NCBI GenBank assembly: GCA_013239625.1
Contig: MU053520.1
Span: 586,934-650,933 of the forward strand
DNA: 64,000 nucleotides
Origin: Lama guanicoe
Lineage: Eukaryota
Direction: 5' to 3'
Below the pieces are notes generated by a model. It was not told where the DNA came from. It ran no database searches and saw only the letters and a list, made by a program, of their open reading frames with translations. This document shows positions 1 through 12,542 of the stretch, one piece after another. A program made the position numbers and the translations under genes. Positions within the stretch are counted from its first letter, which is position 1. Each line of letters starts with the position of its first letter.

Positions 1-436
1 AATTCAAAAAGATGCATACACCCCAATGCTCATAGCAGCAGTATTTACAATAACCAAGATATGGAAACAACCAAAATATCCATCAACAGATGACTGGATA
101 AAGAAGTTGTGGTATATTTTTGCAATGAAATACTATTCTGCCATAAAAAATAATATAATAGAGCCATTTGCAGCAACATGGATAAACATGAAGATTGTCA
201 TTCTAAGGGAAGTAAGCCAGAAAGAGAAAGAAGAAACCATACGATATCACTTAAATAAAACAGAACTAGATTTATAGATGTAGAAAACAAACTTATGGTT
301 ACCAGGGTGAAAGGGTGGAGGGAGGGAAAAATTGGGAGTTTGGGAAATACGTATTTTCATGTATGAGTGAAGCATTACGGTGTACACCAGAAACCGACAC
401 AACATTGTAAATTGACTGTACTCCAATAAAAATATA
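1..436 (+). mobile_element. LINE-1 3' end (ORF2 C-terminus plus 3' UTR), cut off by the window start
   Basis: ORF 26..277 encodes [25 protein letters not shown]...FAATW, the L1 ORF2p C-terminus. It is followed by a G-rich 3' UTR and AATAAA at ~425. Confidence 0.93.
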
Positions 437-779
437 TATACAGAGAACAAAATTAGGACAAGAATATCAAATATATATTGTAAAGATATGAGATAATTTT
501 CAATCATTTATCTCAAGTCCCATACTTTACAGCTGTGAACTTGACACTCTTAATCAGCAAGCCCCAAATAATACTTATGATTAATATATATGTGCAAACC
601 ATGTATCAATCACCCTGGTCCTGCCTATTGTTAGAATTACACAGATAGTCACCCAGTTTCTCAAGCCAAATGGCTAGGATGTTTTCATTAGATTTTTCTT
701 ATGCTGTCCCTGCCTCTCCATTTATTCACCAGCAACCATTGTCTAGCATTTACATATATTCACCTCTACTCCAGCATTT

Positions 780-1300
780 CTCACTGGCCAAAAACAGCCT
801 CTTCTTAACTGTTCATTTTTGCTCCCTACAGTCTGTTTTTTACATAGTACAACAACCTTTAAATAAATAAATTATATCACATATCCCTCTTAAAAACATC
901 CAGTAATGTTTTCCTATTCTTTGAATATAATCTAGTCTTTTACTACATCCCACCATGCCCTGTAGAATCAGCACCCTGCACCTCTCTGAGCTACCCAACC
1001 AATGATTATTCCATCTGAACACTGTTTTAGCCACCATGGCCATATTTTCATTTCTCAAAGTCTCCAAGATTGTTCTTTCTTCAGAGTCTTTGAATTTTTG
1101 TTTCTTTTACCTAGAATACCTTTCTCAGGTTTCCTTAATGTGGAGATTTCTTATCAAGTAGGTCTCTGCTAATTCAGTTAACTTCAGCAAATACTGATTA
1201 CACTATGCATATGCATACATATTATATATACTATATTATGCCAGACATATACATCTTGGGTGATTAAAAATAAACAAGATCCAGTTCTCATAAAGGTTGC
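780..1300. mobile_element. Decayed L2 fragments (plus-strand piece ~780-1160, minus-strand 3' end ~1170-1300)
   Basis: L2-like motifs 'cttttacctagaatacc' and 'ttcagcaaatactga...ccagaca...aataaacaagat', recognised by eye. Confidence 0.45.
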
Positions 1301-1384
1301 AGTGGGACAAATATTGGTTGAATATCACAATTGTGGACATGAAACTATGAATCAGAATTTTTTTTTGGACTCCTTTTTGACCCT

Positions 1385-2186
1385 ATTTTTTTCTTCTTCC
1401 AGTTTTATTGAGATTTAATTAACATACAGAACTATGTAAGTTTAAGGTGTACACCATAAGTTTAGTAAATATCCATCATCTCATACAGACATGAGATAAA
1501 AAGAAATACAAAAATATATGTTTTCCTTGTGATGAGAACTCAGAATTTAGTCTCTTAACTTTCAAATATAAAATATGGCAGTATTAATTATATTTATCAT
1601 GTTGTACACCACATCTTTAGTAATTATTTATCTTGTAACTGAATATTTGTACCTTTTGACCACCTTCATCCAATTCTCCCTCCTCCTACCCCTTGCCTCT
1701 GGTAATCACAAATCTAATGTCTTTTTCTATATGTTTTTGTTTGTTTGTTTTGAAGTATACTTGACCAGTGTTTCCTGTTACACAACATAGTCAATATTTC
1801 TATACATTCCAAAATGATCATGACTGATATGTCTAGCTACCATCTGTCACCACTCAAATATATTACAAAGTAATTGATTATATTCCCACACTCGTCATTT
1901 CATTCTCATCACTCATTAATTTTGGAAATGGAAGTTTGCACCCCTTAATCTCCCTCACCTATTTCTCTTCTCTCCCCTCATACAATCACATGTTTTTTCT
2001 CTGTATCTATGATTTTTGTTTCTGTTTGGTTAGATTTTCTCATTTGTTTCATTTTTCTCAGAAATCATGCACTATTTGTTTTTGATGTATTTCATTTAGC
2101 ATAGTACTTTCTAAGTCCATACATGTTGTCACAAATGATATTTCATTCTTTTTGTGGCTGAATAATATTCCATTGTGTATGTGTAT
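1385..2186 (-). mobile_element. Older LINE-1 3' end (L1MA9-like), 5'-truncated
   Basis: A T-rich tail and 'cagttttattgagat...gtaagtttaaggtgtaca' lead to the antisense ORF2 end 'ttcatttagcatag...ggctgaataatattccattgtgt'. Confidence 0.85.
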
Positions 2187-3444
2187 GTATGATATATGCC
2201 GTGATATGACGTTAAGCCCAGGATGAATGACCAATATAGATTAAATCATAATCATGTCTCATGATCATATCACAGCATATATCATACTTCTGACCAAATC
2301 TAAACTTTTGTTTATGCCATTTTCAACACTTGTGTTGCTATACTTTTCCTACCATATTATAAATTCTTTGAAATACATCTAAAATATTTTCTAAGTTATA
2401 AAAAAAGCTCATTTTCATATTTCTCTATAAGTTTTGATCATTTATTATTCAACATACTATATAACATATTTTATTTATTATTTCCATTGTTATGTAAAAT
2501 ATTGCCAGATGTAAGGAACCAGTTTAAATTTATTTTACATGTGGTCAAAATATTTCAATTACTTAAATTATTTTAATGGTAAATAATATAAAATAAAAAT
2601 TGAGCATTACATTTAGAAAATTCACCCTACAATATCATTCAAATACTAGAATTAGAGGCATGAACAGGATGCTTTTTTCATTCCCTTTAAAAAGGTATCT
2701 AGTTTCTGGTTTTCCAATGATTTACACTATGTTTATATGAGTCAGCTATTTAAAAAAATCTACTTCAACATCTTGACGTTTCCAAATATCTGGATTTTTG
2801 ACATCAGCTAACTATAATCTATCCATAATAAAAAGGTATGAGGCAGCATTTCTACCTTGTATATTATCATATAGATAGAATTATTATCCCAAATACACAT
2901 AATTATTATGACAAATTTATACAACTTTATATATATATAATAAATATTTAATCAGTCTATATATTATCATATGTATCTAATGTGTGCCCATAAGCTGGGA
3001 AATAATATAAGCTTTTTAAAATATGCTTTGTTTTAAATGGTTAAATGAGAATTACAAAAGAAGAGCCATATTATTTGCTTGTTCATTTGTTTTTCTACTG
3101 AGCAAAATCTTCTTGCACACACTGTTCCAAATATTTTCTTGTCCTTGCAAATTGAGGAGTTCCCAAGAGACAGTAAATTTGTTCCTTCCAAAGAAGGGGA
3201 ATATATCCAACAAAGACAATATAGTATGAAAATAAATGCCAAGGAGAGGAGAGGCGTCTGAATTTATTAAAGAACAAATTGAGGAATCCAAAGAAGCAAT
3301 ATACAGAAAATAAGACCAACCTTAAATTTAAGCAAAGGAACAAAAATAAAGGTTTTTATGGGTTTATAGGAAGAGCCATAAAACACCAATAACTTTATAT
3401 ATTAGTAGATATTGATCAGTAATTATCTTGGAAATTATGTGAAA

Positions 3445-3635
3445 GAGTTTTAACAGTATAGGCTTTCTAATCTGAGCAGATTATTTCAAATTTTGGCTTC
3501 AGAATCTACTTACTTGTGTGGACTTGGGCTGAGCTAGTAAGTTTGTTCTCGGTTTCCTTGTCTTTAAAAATAGAAATGGTGATATTACTTTGCATTGTTT
3601 ATATGAGATCTGAACATGATAATTGCATATATTCA
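3445..3635 (+). mobile_element. MIR SINE
   Basis: MIR core-like 'acttgtgtggacttggg...ctcggtttccttgtctttaaaaatagaaatggtgata'. Confidence 0.65.
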
Positions 3636-3664
3636 TTATATTTATTCAAAATAGTATCATTCTT

Positions 3665-3895
3665 AAAAATTACCTTTTTATCCACTAAGCTCTATTCTGA
3701 ATGTTTTATGCATATCATTTACAGCCCCATTACAGAGGTGTTATTAATGTCATTATTTTAGAGATGAGGAAACTGAGGCACAGAGGGACCAAGTAACTGA
3801 CCCAAGCTCACAGATCGTATATATAGCTCCACTAGCATTAAAGTCAAGATGGCATAGCTTTCATGTTTCTGCTCTTAAACCCTGTGCTATACTGT
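3665..3895 (-). mobile_element. MIR SINE
   Basis: Antisense MIR core 'ttttagagatgaggaaactgaggcacagag...cccaagctcacag...gctcttaaaccctgtgctatactg'. Confidence 0.85.
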
Positions 3896-4189
3896 TCCTC
3901 AGCTTCTGTTGGTTCACATCATATTTCTCCTTGAAAAAGCTCTTTACTGAAATAATTATTACTATGTCTTCAATTTAAATCTAATTTCTTTTCATAGTGC
4001 ACCATTTGGCTTATTCCCAATATATATTATCTTTTAAAGGTAATAAAGTGTTACTTTTCATAGAAATCCTGAGTTAATGGCTGTATTACCAACGTCTTCT
4101 CTACTGGGATTCTGCAATTAATACAAAATTCCTGGCTGGCACACTTTCTATCTCACCTGTTGATCAAGAGCACTTGTGAGGTAAAATTT

Positions 4190-4231
4190 ATAGAATTAGA
4201 ATTAGAATCAGAGTTAGAAGTAGAATTAGAA
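4190..4231 (+). repeat. Degenerate (TTAGAA)n hexamer tandem repeat
   Basis: tagaattagaattagaatcagagttagaagtagaattagaa. Confidence 0.75.
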
Positions 4232-4699
4232 CTATGACATGAGAAAAATGTGTGGATGATTCCACACATTTAAAAAGTTTATATGACTTTATTTCACAGT
4301 TTATTCATATATGAAAAAAAAATTTGCAAACCTAGAAATACAAATTAAAAAAGGACTAGTTCTCTATTTTTCTGTCTTATGTTCTTTCCACCATTGAAAA
4401 AATATTTTTAAGTGAATAGAATTCTAATATCTGGGGATATGTACAGTAGGGCACTAGTTTTGACATTACATCTTTATAAAAAAAAAGGATAGCTTGTTTA
4501 TTGGTTTGTGTTTTTTAAGTACAGGCTGAAGGTTCTCCTTAACAATTAGTAGCCACAGTGGATCTACATATACAGAGTGCAGAAAAAGAAACAAACACAG
4601 GAAAGCTCTTGTGTTGAAAGATTTGAAGCACGGCTATAACAGGTTTCATTTCTCATCATTATGTTTCAGCTCAGTGTAAGAAAACACTATGCCACATTA

Positions 4700-5215
4700 A
4701 TGCTTTCAACAAATATAACTGGGCCACTAATATGTCCAAGGCACTATTCTTAAGTCGCTGATCCCAAGGACCTTATAGTCTAAGAGGAGACAGAAATAAC
4801 TCCAACCTACTTTTCACTCATCTCCAGCCACAGGGCTCCTTGCTGTTCCTCAGTTACTCTCCCATATTAGAGTCTCATACTGACTGTCCCCTTCACCTGC
4901 CATTCTTTTCCTCCAGATTTGACTCCTGTTCACCTTATTCATGTCTTCCCTCAAATATCAGCTTCTCAAAAAAAAAAAAATTCAGTTTCTCAAAGAGCTA
5001 ACACTGACCACAATTGAAATTTCAGTTACTCTATCCTCCTTACTCTGACCTACTTTTTTCTTATTTTTATATCACTTACTGCTTTTTAAAATTCCATCTA
5101 ATTTACTTATTTATTGTGTTTTTTTTATTATTATCTGCCTATCTCTGTTAGAATATAAGCTAGACATGGGTTGGGTTCTTTGTCTATTTTATTCACTGAT
5201 GCAGCCCGAATAATA
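4700..5215. mobile_element. L2 fragments (minus 3' end ~4700-4800; plus ~4815-5215)
   Basis: L2 3'-region motifs 'ctccagccacagggctccttgctgttcctc' and 'tagaatataagct...ttgtctattttattcactg'. Confidence 0.7.
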
Positions 5216-5859
5216 TATATTGTTTCTGGCCCAATTGACTTTCAATTGGCTTCAGGAAGCAAAAATTATAGTAGGCTTTCAAATTATAGTAGGCTTTTCA
5301 AAAAAGTAAAAATAATCACTTAAGAGAGTTGAGTGGAGCAGAAATCTTGTGGCCAGGGGCTAAAGAAACATTGTACTGGCATCAAGAAAGGAGATAGCTT
5401 TGATCAAGTTATGGTTTTGCTTAGAATTAAATTGGGCACTTTTGTAGAATAAAAATGCAAAATAGAGAATAATGCAAAGGTATCTGAAGTAAATAGTAAT
5501 ATTATATTTGAAAACAAATATGAAAATGGAACAGCAGTTGCACAGAGGACCCTATACTTACCTAAGGAGAGAATACTGCATAGCTGTGCTTTGGCACAGC
5601 AACGATTGTATGTGTCTTTTGAATACAGAGCACACAATGTGTCTTGGAAAAGTGTGTAACTGGGGCAAGCTGTAATAAAATGTTCATGGGACAACTAGAA
5701 AATTTATTTAGAAGAGCATATATAGTAGTTTACACTACCCTATTAATGGAATTTTTTTGCAGTGACATTAAGAGATCTGAACATTATCTTGAAAAAAATT
5801 TGATAATTAACTGTTTTGTGGATAATATTCATGTGACTACATCACACCCACTGGCAACA

Positions 5860-6600
5860 CTTCATCCATCCATTCATCCATCGACTCATTGTTTCATGTA
5901 AAATACATACTGAGGACCTGATGTTTTATGTAATACTGTGCTAGACATTGTGGATACAAAAATGAACATCACACAGACTATACTGACAGGGTTCACATTC
6001 GCCTGTGAGATTAGAGGCATAGAGAAAAACATTTCAGTGAATATATACTCATATAAGAATTAGTACGGAAGTACAGAAGGAAGACTGTTTTGTTGTTATT
6101 TTGAGAGTGGTGATAATTGAGCTGAATATTAATGGTTAAAACTCCACCTTAAGAGGAAAATAGAAAATTTCTGCGGAAAGAATAGCATGTGAAAATAAAT
6201 TAAGGCGTAAGAGTGCATGACATATTCTCAGCATAAGTAATCCATCACATCATAGAAAAAACATAAAATTGTTATGGGTTGAATTGTGTCTAGGAAAAGG
6301 CTAATGTAATTACATAGGTGAAAGCCACTGAGAGACTGAAATGGAGAACAGTTATGAGAATGAAAATATGAAGAAGGTTTGTAGAGTCAAAAGGGATAAA
6401 ACCTGTAAGATTTAAATATTGTTAACTATGGAGGTAAGGCAAGGAAGGCATCAGACGTGACTGGTTTAGAGGACTTGGAGTAGGAATAAAAGGCACCGTA
6501 TTTATTCATAAAAAAGGAGTAGCCATGATCTGAGGTAGAGGAAGGAAATGAATTTTAGTCAATGTTGAGGTCAGTGTACACATGGGAAGTTTAGCAGTTT
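5860..6600 (-). mobile_element. L2 3' portion
   Basis: (CATC/CATT)n tail followed by 'actgagg...tactgtgctagacattgtggatacaaaaatgaa'. Confidence 0.65.
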
Positions 6601-7314
6601 ACAACTGGGCCTGTTGCTATTCTTTGGTGAGTTTTGAACTAGATAGAACAATGATAAATTTAAAATTTTATGAATAGTATCATTTGTGCAGTATGAAGTA
6701 TCAAAGGAAAATGACAATGGACCAAAGCTATGGGAGAAAAATTAGTCCTGAGTTTCTTGTGTGTTGAATGTTCAGGCTTGATATCATGAGATTCAAATAC
6801 CAACAACAGAAAAGACTCCGTGCGTGAAATAAGAAATTTTCGTTTACAGAAAACACTAGGTATACTGAAAGCAGTGCGTATTTTTAGTTTCCATATTGCC
6901 TTCTAATGAAAACGAGTAGGAAGTCTTTCTTTTTTAATATTAATACAGATAAAGATTAAATAGCTGTCTAAAACACCTTAAATTATGCAGAATAAAATGC
7001 AAAATAAGAGAGATGGCTTATACCACTTAATAGTCTAATGTGATATTTATAACAGATAAAATAATGCACAGAGATCTTCAGTAGAAGTATTATTAACATA
7101 CTTCCCTGCAGAAAGAAAAACAGAAGCTAAAGCAAAACCTGTAACTATTTTGTGGGATTTATGTTTAAAAATATTATTGATTTACCATACTCGTGATTTC
7201 TACTGAAATTTCAAAGTAATTGAAAGAATCTTACTAACTAAAAACAAAGGTGGAAACAATAGCAAAATAAAAATGTGAACCAAGTGAAAAAGACTAAAGA
7301 ATAATAAATAGAAA

Positions 7315-7500
7315 AGAGCTTGACAGTTTGAGTCAGAAGACCTGGATTAAAAACCTGCTTTTACCAATTACCAGCTATGTGATCTTGGAGGACTTATACC
7401 ACTGAGTTTTCTCACAGGTGGAAGGTAGACTAGAGATTAGCCACTACAATATTGACTTCACAAAGGTAGGCTGTAAAGGATAAAAACTCAAGTAAACAAG
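7315..7500 (+). mobile_element. MIR SINE
   Basis: 'ttgagtcagaagacctggatt...accagctatgtgatcttgg...ctgagttttctca'. Confidence 0.7.
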
Positions 7501-8685
7501 TGTGGTGACTGATTCTAATAATAGTCCCAGTTTTTTGTATCCTCTTGTACACATGCTTATCGCTAATATGCTCCTATACAAACTCAGGCTTGTTCCCCAC
7601 TGCTTGCTTTAGCTAGCAGGCTTTGTAGCAAATCTGACCTAAGTGATGCAGGAAAAATGGGTGTGGGGCATGAGAAGGGCCATGCCCAAAGCCTTGACTG
7701 AGCCCCTGGGGCATGCCCTGCCATGTGTGGGTCCTTGGCTTCATGCAGGAAAGAATTCAAGAGTAAGCCACAGTTGAGTAAAGGTAGATTTATTTAGGGA
7801 GATACATACTGCATAGACTGCAGGCTGTTTCAGAAGGCGAGAGAAAGGCCACAAGGTGTGGGGGTTGGGTGCTCAGGTTAGAGTAAAAGTAAGTACACAT
7901 TCCATAGACAGAGTGCAGGCTGTCTCTGAAGAGGAAGGAGTGAGAGAGACAGACACAAGGCTCTGTGTTGCCAGTTTTTATGAGCTTGGTAGCTTCATAT
8001 GTTAATAACTGGAAGGACTAGTCTAACTATCCTGGAGGAGGGGCTGGGATTCCCAGGAAGTTGGCCGTTTCCTACTCTCTGACCTTTTGTGGCTAGCCTT
8101 GGGGCTGTCATGGTGCCTATGGGCATGTTATTCAACATGCTAATATATTACAATGAATGTATAAGGAAGCTCAAGGTCTACTAGAAGTCAAATCTCCCAC
8201 CATCTTGAGACTCAAGGCCTACTGGGGTTTGAATCTTTCACCATCCTGGTGTTAATTGTTGTGTTATTCCTTGAATGGCTGTGCCCTGCCCCCTTCCTTC
8301 CTGTCTCATAAGCACAAGTTTGAAAAATCACTTGCAAGTTGCTGTTTCCATTCTTGTTCTGTTGCCACCCTCATGAAAACATATATAGGCTAGTCTAAAA
8401 GAAGGATGTGAGAAAGACATACAGAGAAAAATCAAGGCCATCTTTGACCAGCCCAGAGCCAACCAACTCCCCATATATGAGAAAGATTGGCCAATATCAG
8501 TAGGGCCACCTTAAGACTTTCAGACGTCTGCGGTGTATGAATGTGCCCGGCTGAAACTAGAGAGACCACCTGCTGACCCACAGACATGTAATCGTGTAAT
8601 CAGTAATAGGTGATGTTTTATTTCACCACCTAAATTTCTAGGCAGTTGGTCACACTGTTTTTGTGATATTAGCTAATTTGTAGAG
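7501..8685 (+). mobile_element. MaLR LTR (MLT1F/G/H-like), split by a nested ERV1 solo LTR
   Basis: TGTGG start and MLT1-like end 'ccacctgctgacccacagac...cacctaaatttctaggcagttggtcacac'. The sequence resumes after 8312. Confidence 0.6.
7644..8308 (-). mobile_element. ERV1-class solo LTR, 665 bp
   Basis: TG...CA termini, a perfect 4-bp TSD TAAG (7640-7643 / 8309-8312), and a minus-strand AATAAA at ~7790. Confidence 0.88.
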
Positions 8686-9059
8686 TAAGGGAGAGAATAT
8701 TTAGGAAGGACAAAAAAATGATGGCTCTAGTGGGCATTAGTGAGAGAGAAATCTTGGCCAAATATAAGATAAAAGCATACAGTGAACTTCTGAAAATCTA
8801 GGACACATAATTCTTGGTCTTAGCTGTTCTGGAAAAAGATATGACTATCAGTATCTGTGGTTCATAACAAAGGACACTAACAGAGCAGAGGGAACCCAGG
8901 TCTAGACATCAGAGTGGAAAGATGGCCTTCAAATGTACTGTTTATAATAATCTGTCACTATATTTTTGAAGTGCTTAAATAATTTGCACTGGATTAATAA
9001 TCATAAGTGTAGCACGCATTGCTAGCTGCTGTTAAAAAAATTTCCATTAAAAATATATT

Positions 9060-10620
9060 GTGTATACTGAAACAACTAGATGACACATTTCTCATCAGAA
9101 TAGTAAGATAATTTTTCCAATTTATTTTAAAAATTATTAGGCTAAAATTCTAAACATAGTATAATTATTACTAAAGAATGAAAAAGATCTATATTTTCAT
9201 ATAGAACATTACAGAGATTAAGAGATTACCTGAAAGAACTTCTAAATTATTTTTTTAAGTAAGAACTATTCTGAATACAGATTAGAAGGAAATGCTCAAA
9301 TAATTGTTTTTCACAAGCAGATTTGTACAAATAAATTGGCAAATATGTTTGTAACTTAAAATAACACTGGACATGGATGATGCAAAATATAACCAACTTG
9401 GTGATGTTAAGATAAAGTATATGCAAAATATGAGACAAAAACTGTAAAAAGTGTGCCAAGTGGATCATAAATAATCTCTTTTTTATTTATTATAAAGGCA
9501 AGAGGAGATGGCTCATAAAAGGGAAACTAGAAAACCAAGGAAAGATATGATAATTAAAAATCACAGTATTAAATGATAGTAAAAACTAAATATATCGGTT
9601 TTTAAATATATATAAAACACACTGAGAGATAGTCTCAAATAGGGTATAAAACAATCAGCTCCAGCATATTTACAAATATAATGACATAATATATAATGAC
9701 TACAAAATTTGATAATAAAAGATATACTGGGAAAATATTAACCAAGGAGAACTGACATGTATTGCTAATAGAGTCTTAAAAGTATTATTATTAAGAATGA
9801 ATTTGCCTTATTAAAGACAAATTAATAATATGAACTACTCACCATAAAGACATAGCAGCTCAGATCTAGTCTTTGTCTAACAGCTGAAATTCAAAATTTA
9901 AAGCAAAAGATAAAAAAGTAGATTTTGATGAATCTGTAGTCAGAGGCAAAGATACTAATATCTCAGAAATTAATACATATTTTAATAATAAATGGTAGTT
10001 CAACTTTGTAAACATATATAATGTTATATTCAACATTAGAGTTAGAGAATACATCTCTTTATATCTATCTGTCTATCTATCTACCCACCCATTGGGAGAC
10101 TTCATTCCATTCAAGCACACGTAAGAGATTTATCAGAATTAACTAAATAAGCCACTTAAATAAGATGGGTAATACCTTAGAAAGATAATTAACTCATCAA
10201 AACTGACTCAAGAAGAAAAGGAAAACCAGTATAGGTGTACAATCACTAAAGAAATTGGATACATTAATATTTACCACCTCTTCCCTCCTCACATGTTCAT
10301 AAACATCAGGCACAGATTAATTTACAAGAAAGATTTTATCAAAATTTCAAGAATCTGATAACCCTCACCTTATACAATTGTCCCAAAGGATAGCAATAGA
10401 AGATATGATATTTTATACAGACGCTTTTACATAAGACACTTCATGCTACAAGACATTTTATTTGCCTTTTTATACATGAGGACTTTTATAGCTAGTGTAA
10501 CCGGACATAAAAACTGGATTCAAAGAATAAAAGAAAATAATATTATAGACCTATTTCACTTGCAAATGAGATGCAAATGCCCTACATGAAATTTTATCTA
10601 ACTAAATTACAACAATGTAA
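9060..10620 (+). mobile_element. Very old, fragmented LINE-1 (L1M/L1ME-like) internal sequence
   Basis: A-rich sequence with decayed ORF2 motifs such as 'aaaactgactcaagaagaaaaggaaaacc' and 'catcaggcacagat...tttatcaaaatttcaagaa'. Confidence 0.55.
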
Positions 10621-12264
10621 AAGTTATTCTAGAATTTCAAAAATGTGTTGTTACTATGATAATTCCTAGGATCTTAGTCCCAATCTACCAATATGAAAGA
10701 AATATAAATAGACATGTTAGTATTAGATCTTATTTTTCATTTTATCCTATCAACTCCTCAACACGATTTGGAAGAGTTTACCAGTAGGGATTGGTTTAAA
10801 TGATTTCAACTTACTATTCAATCAATAGCTTTCATAGGTATTTCTATACATATCTTTTTCTAATTTCTCCTTAAAACAATCTCTATATCAAACAAGACAA
10901 AGGTACAGAGGATTTGGAAAATTAATTGAGAAGAATTGTTTTAATGGGTGAATCCATGTCAATCATCTAGCAGAATGAACTTGAGTACTTGACTCAGTTT
11001 TCAGATTTACATTTTCTCTCTAACATATGCATCCATTCACATCCTGGGTGGTTTCAAATTATGCAATGTCACTGCCGGTGACAGTTTCAGGAATACACAT
11101 TAAGACATATTTTTCTAAAGTGCAGCTCCAGTGGCAGAATTTCAATAATAAGGACATTATAACTTCAATGCTATGAATATGCTAATTTTGCTACAAAAGC
11201 AAGCAAAGAAACCTAATTTTATGTTTAAAAATAAATGTGCAAAGCAAATCTGTTGAAACACATAAGTACAACTGGATAACTAGTGGAATATTTTGCATGA
11301 TAAAGATACCTCCTGAGACTGAGGTTCATATTATAAATTCACACTATAAATTTTAGGTACCATGTTGCATTAAGTGACTGCAAGAAGAAGATCAGGTTAT
11401 GAGTTTTAAGCAGATGTACCTGAATCTCTGCTCTGCATATTCCAATGTTACATTCCTGAATAATGAGCCACCTGATATTGTGTCATGAAAAAAATTCCCA
11501 ATGCTGATTTTTCACTCTTTAAACTTTCTCAGAGAAGGGAAACTCAGGCAAGATAATAACTCAAAGTTATTATACATGAAATAGCATGTTTAAGTGATGA
11601 AATATTTGAAGAAATATATGAAGCCATGGATATATTCACATTGTGGTATACTGTGCATATAGCGATATAAAAACTTATTTTGGGACTGCATATGTTCACT
11701 TTATAATGCTTATTTCTGATTCTCGATCTGTATAATAGGGATGTTCTTAGCACAATTGTCACAGTGCTTATTAAGCCATCAGTCACACAGTATGCAACTA
11801 AGTGTGATTCTTTGAATGTTTGAGTATATTAGGACATTACAGGATTCATTTTCTGAACTCTAGTCATATGCAGTCACCTAGTTTCCCTCTCTCTTCCTTC
11901 CCTTCCTTTTTAGTGCCTCCTGTATTAGAAACTTAGTGCTCGATATTATCCCTGTGTTTTTGTTGTTGTTTTTTTTTTTTTTTACATTCACCACATGGCT
12001 TTGCTCTAAGATTAGGCATATGTCTAATCGTTCTTGCAATGAATAGTGATAAAGTGATACATTTCAGTTTTAAATTAGGGATATCTGGTATACCTTCCCC
12101 CATCTGCTGACTTAAAGTCAGAAGATGGTGGATCCTTCAGATGAAAAGTCTTGTCTTTCATTCATCAGTGGGGAGGAAGATACATACAGGACATGTACCC
12201 AGAAGAGCTCCACAACCTGCTTAGTTCTAGAGAGTGAGTGATAAACACCTCCCTCCTTCTCACC

Positions 12265-12525
12265 TTTTAACTAGTAATTATTGATCACCCAGTATCATGC
12301 ATTATGTGATGAATCAGAGATACAAAGATGAGAGACTCAAGTCTTGTCTTCAGACAGCTCACAAGATAATATGGAGTAAAGGTGAAGAAGCCAATGATTA
12401 CAATACATTTTTGATGAGTGCTATTCCTAAGTACCTAGAACAAGAAGAATCTAGGGGATGGATCCTAGGAAAAGTGATGCTTGATCAGAATCTTAAAGGG
12501 CAGGGAGAATTTATTGAGACAGAAG
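12265..12525 (-). mobile_element. L2 3' end, interrupted by the L1 at 12543 and resuming near 15978
   Basis: 'ttattgatcacccag...agatacaaagatgag...gctcacaa...ggaaaagtgatgcttgatcagaatcttaaagg'. Confidence 0.6.
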
Positions 12526-12542
12526 AGAAAAAAAAACATTTC

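Noticed and set aside
4190..4231. Interstitial telomeric repeat
   Set aside because: The unit is TTAGAA, not TTAGGG, and the tract is short and degenerate.
5263..5298. 18-bp tandem duplication aaattatagtaggcttt(c/t)
   Set aside because: Real, but an ordinary slippage duplication with no further structure.
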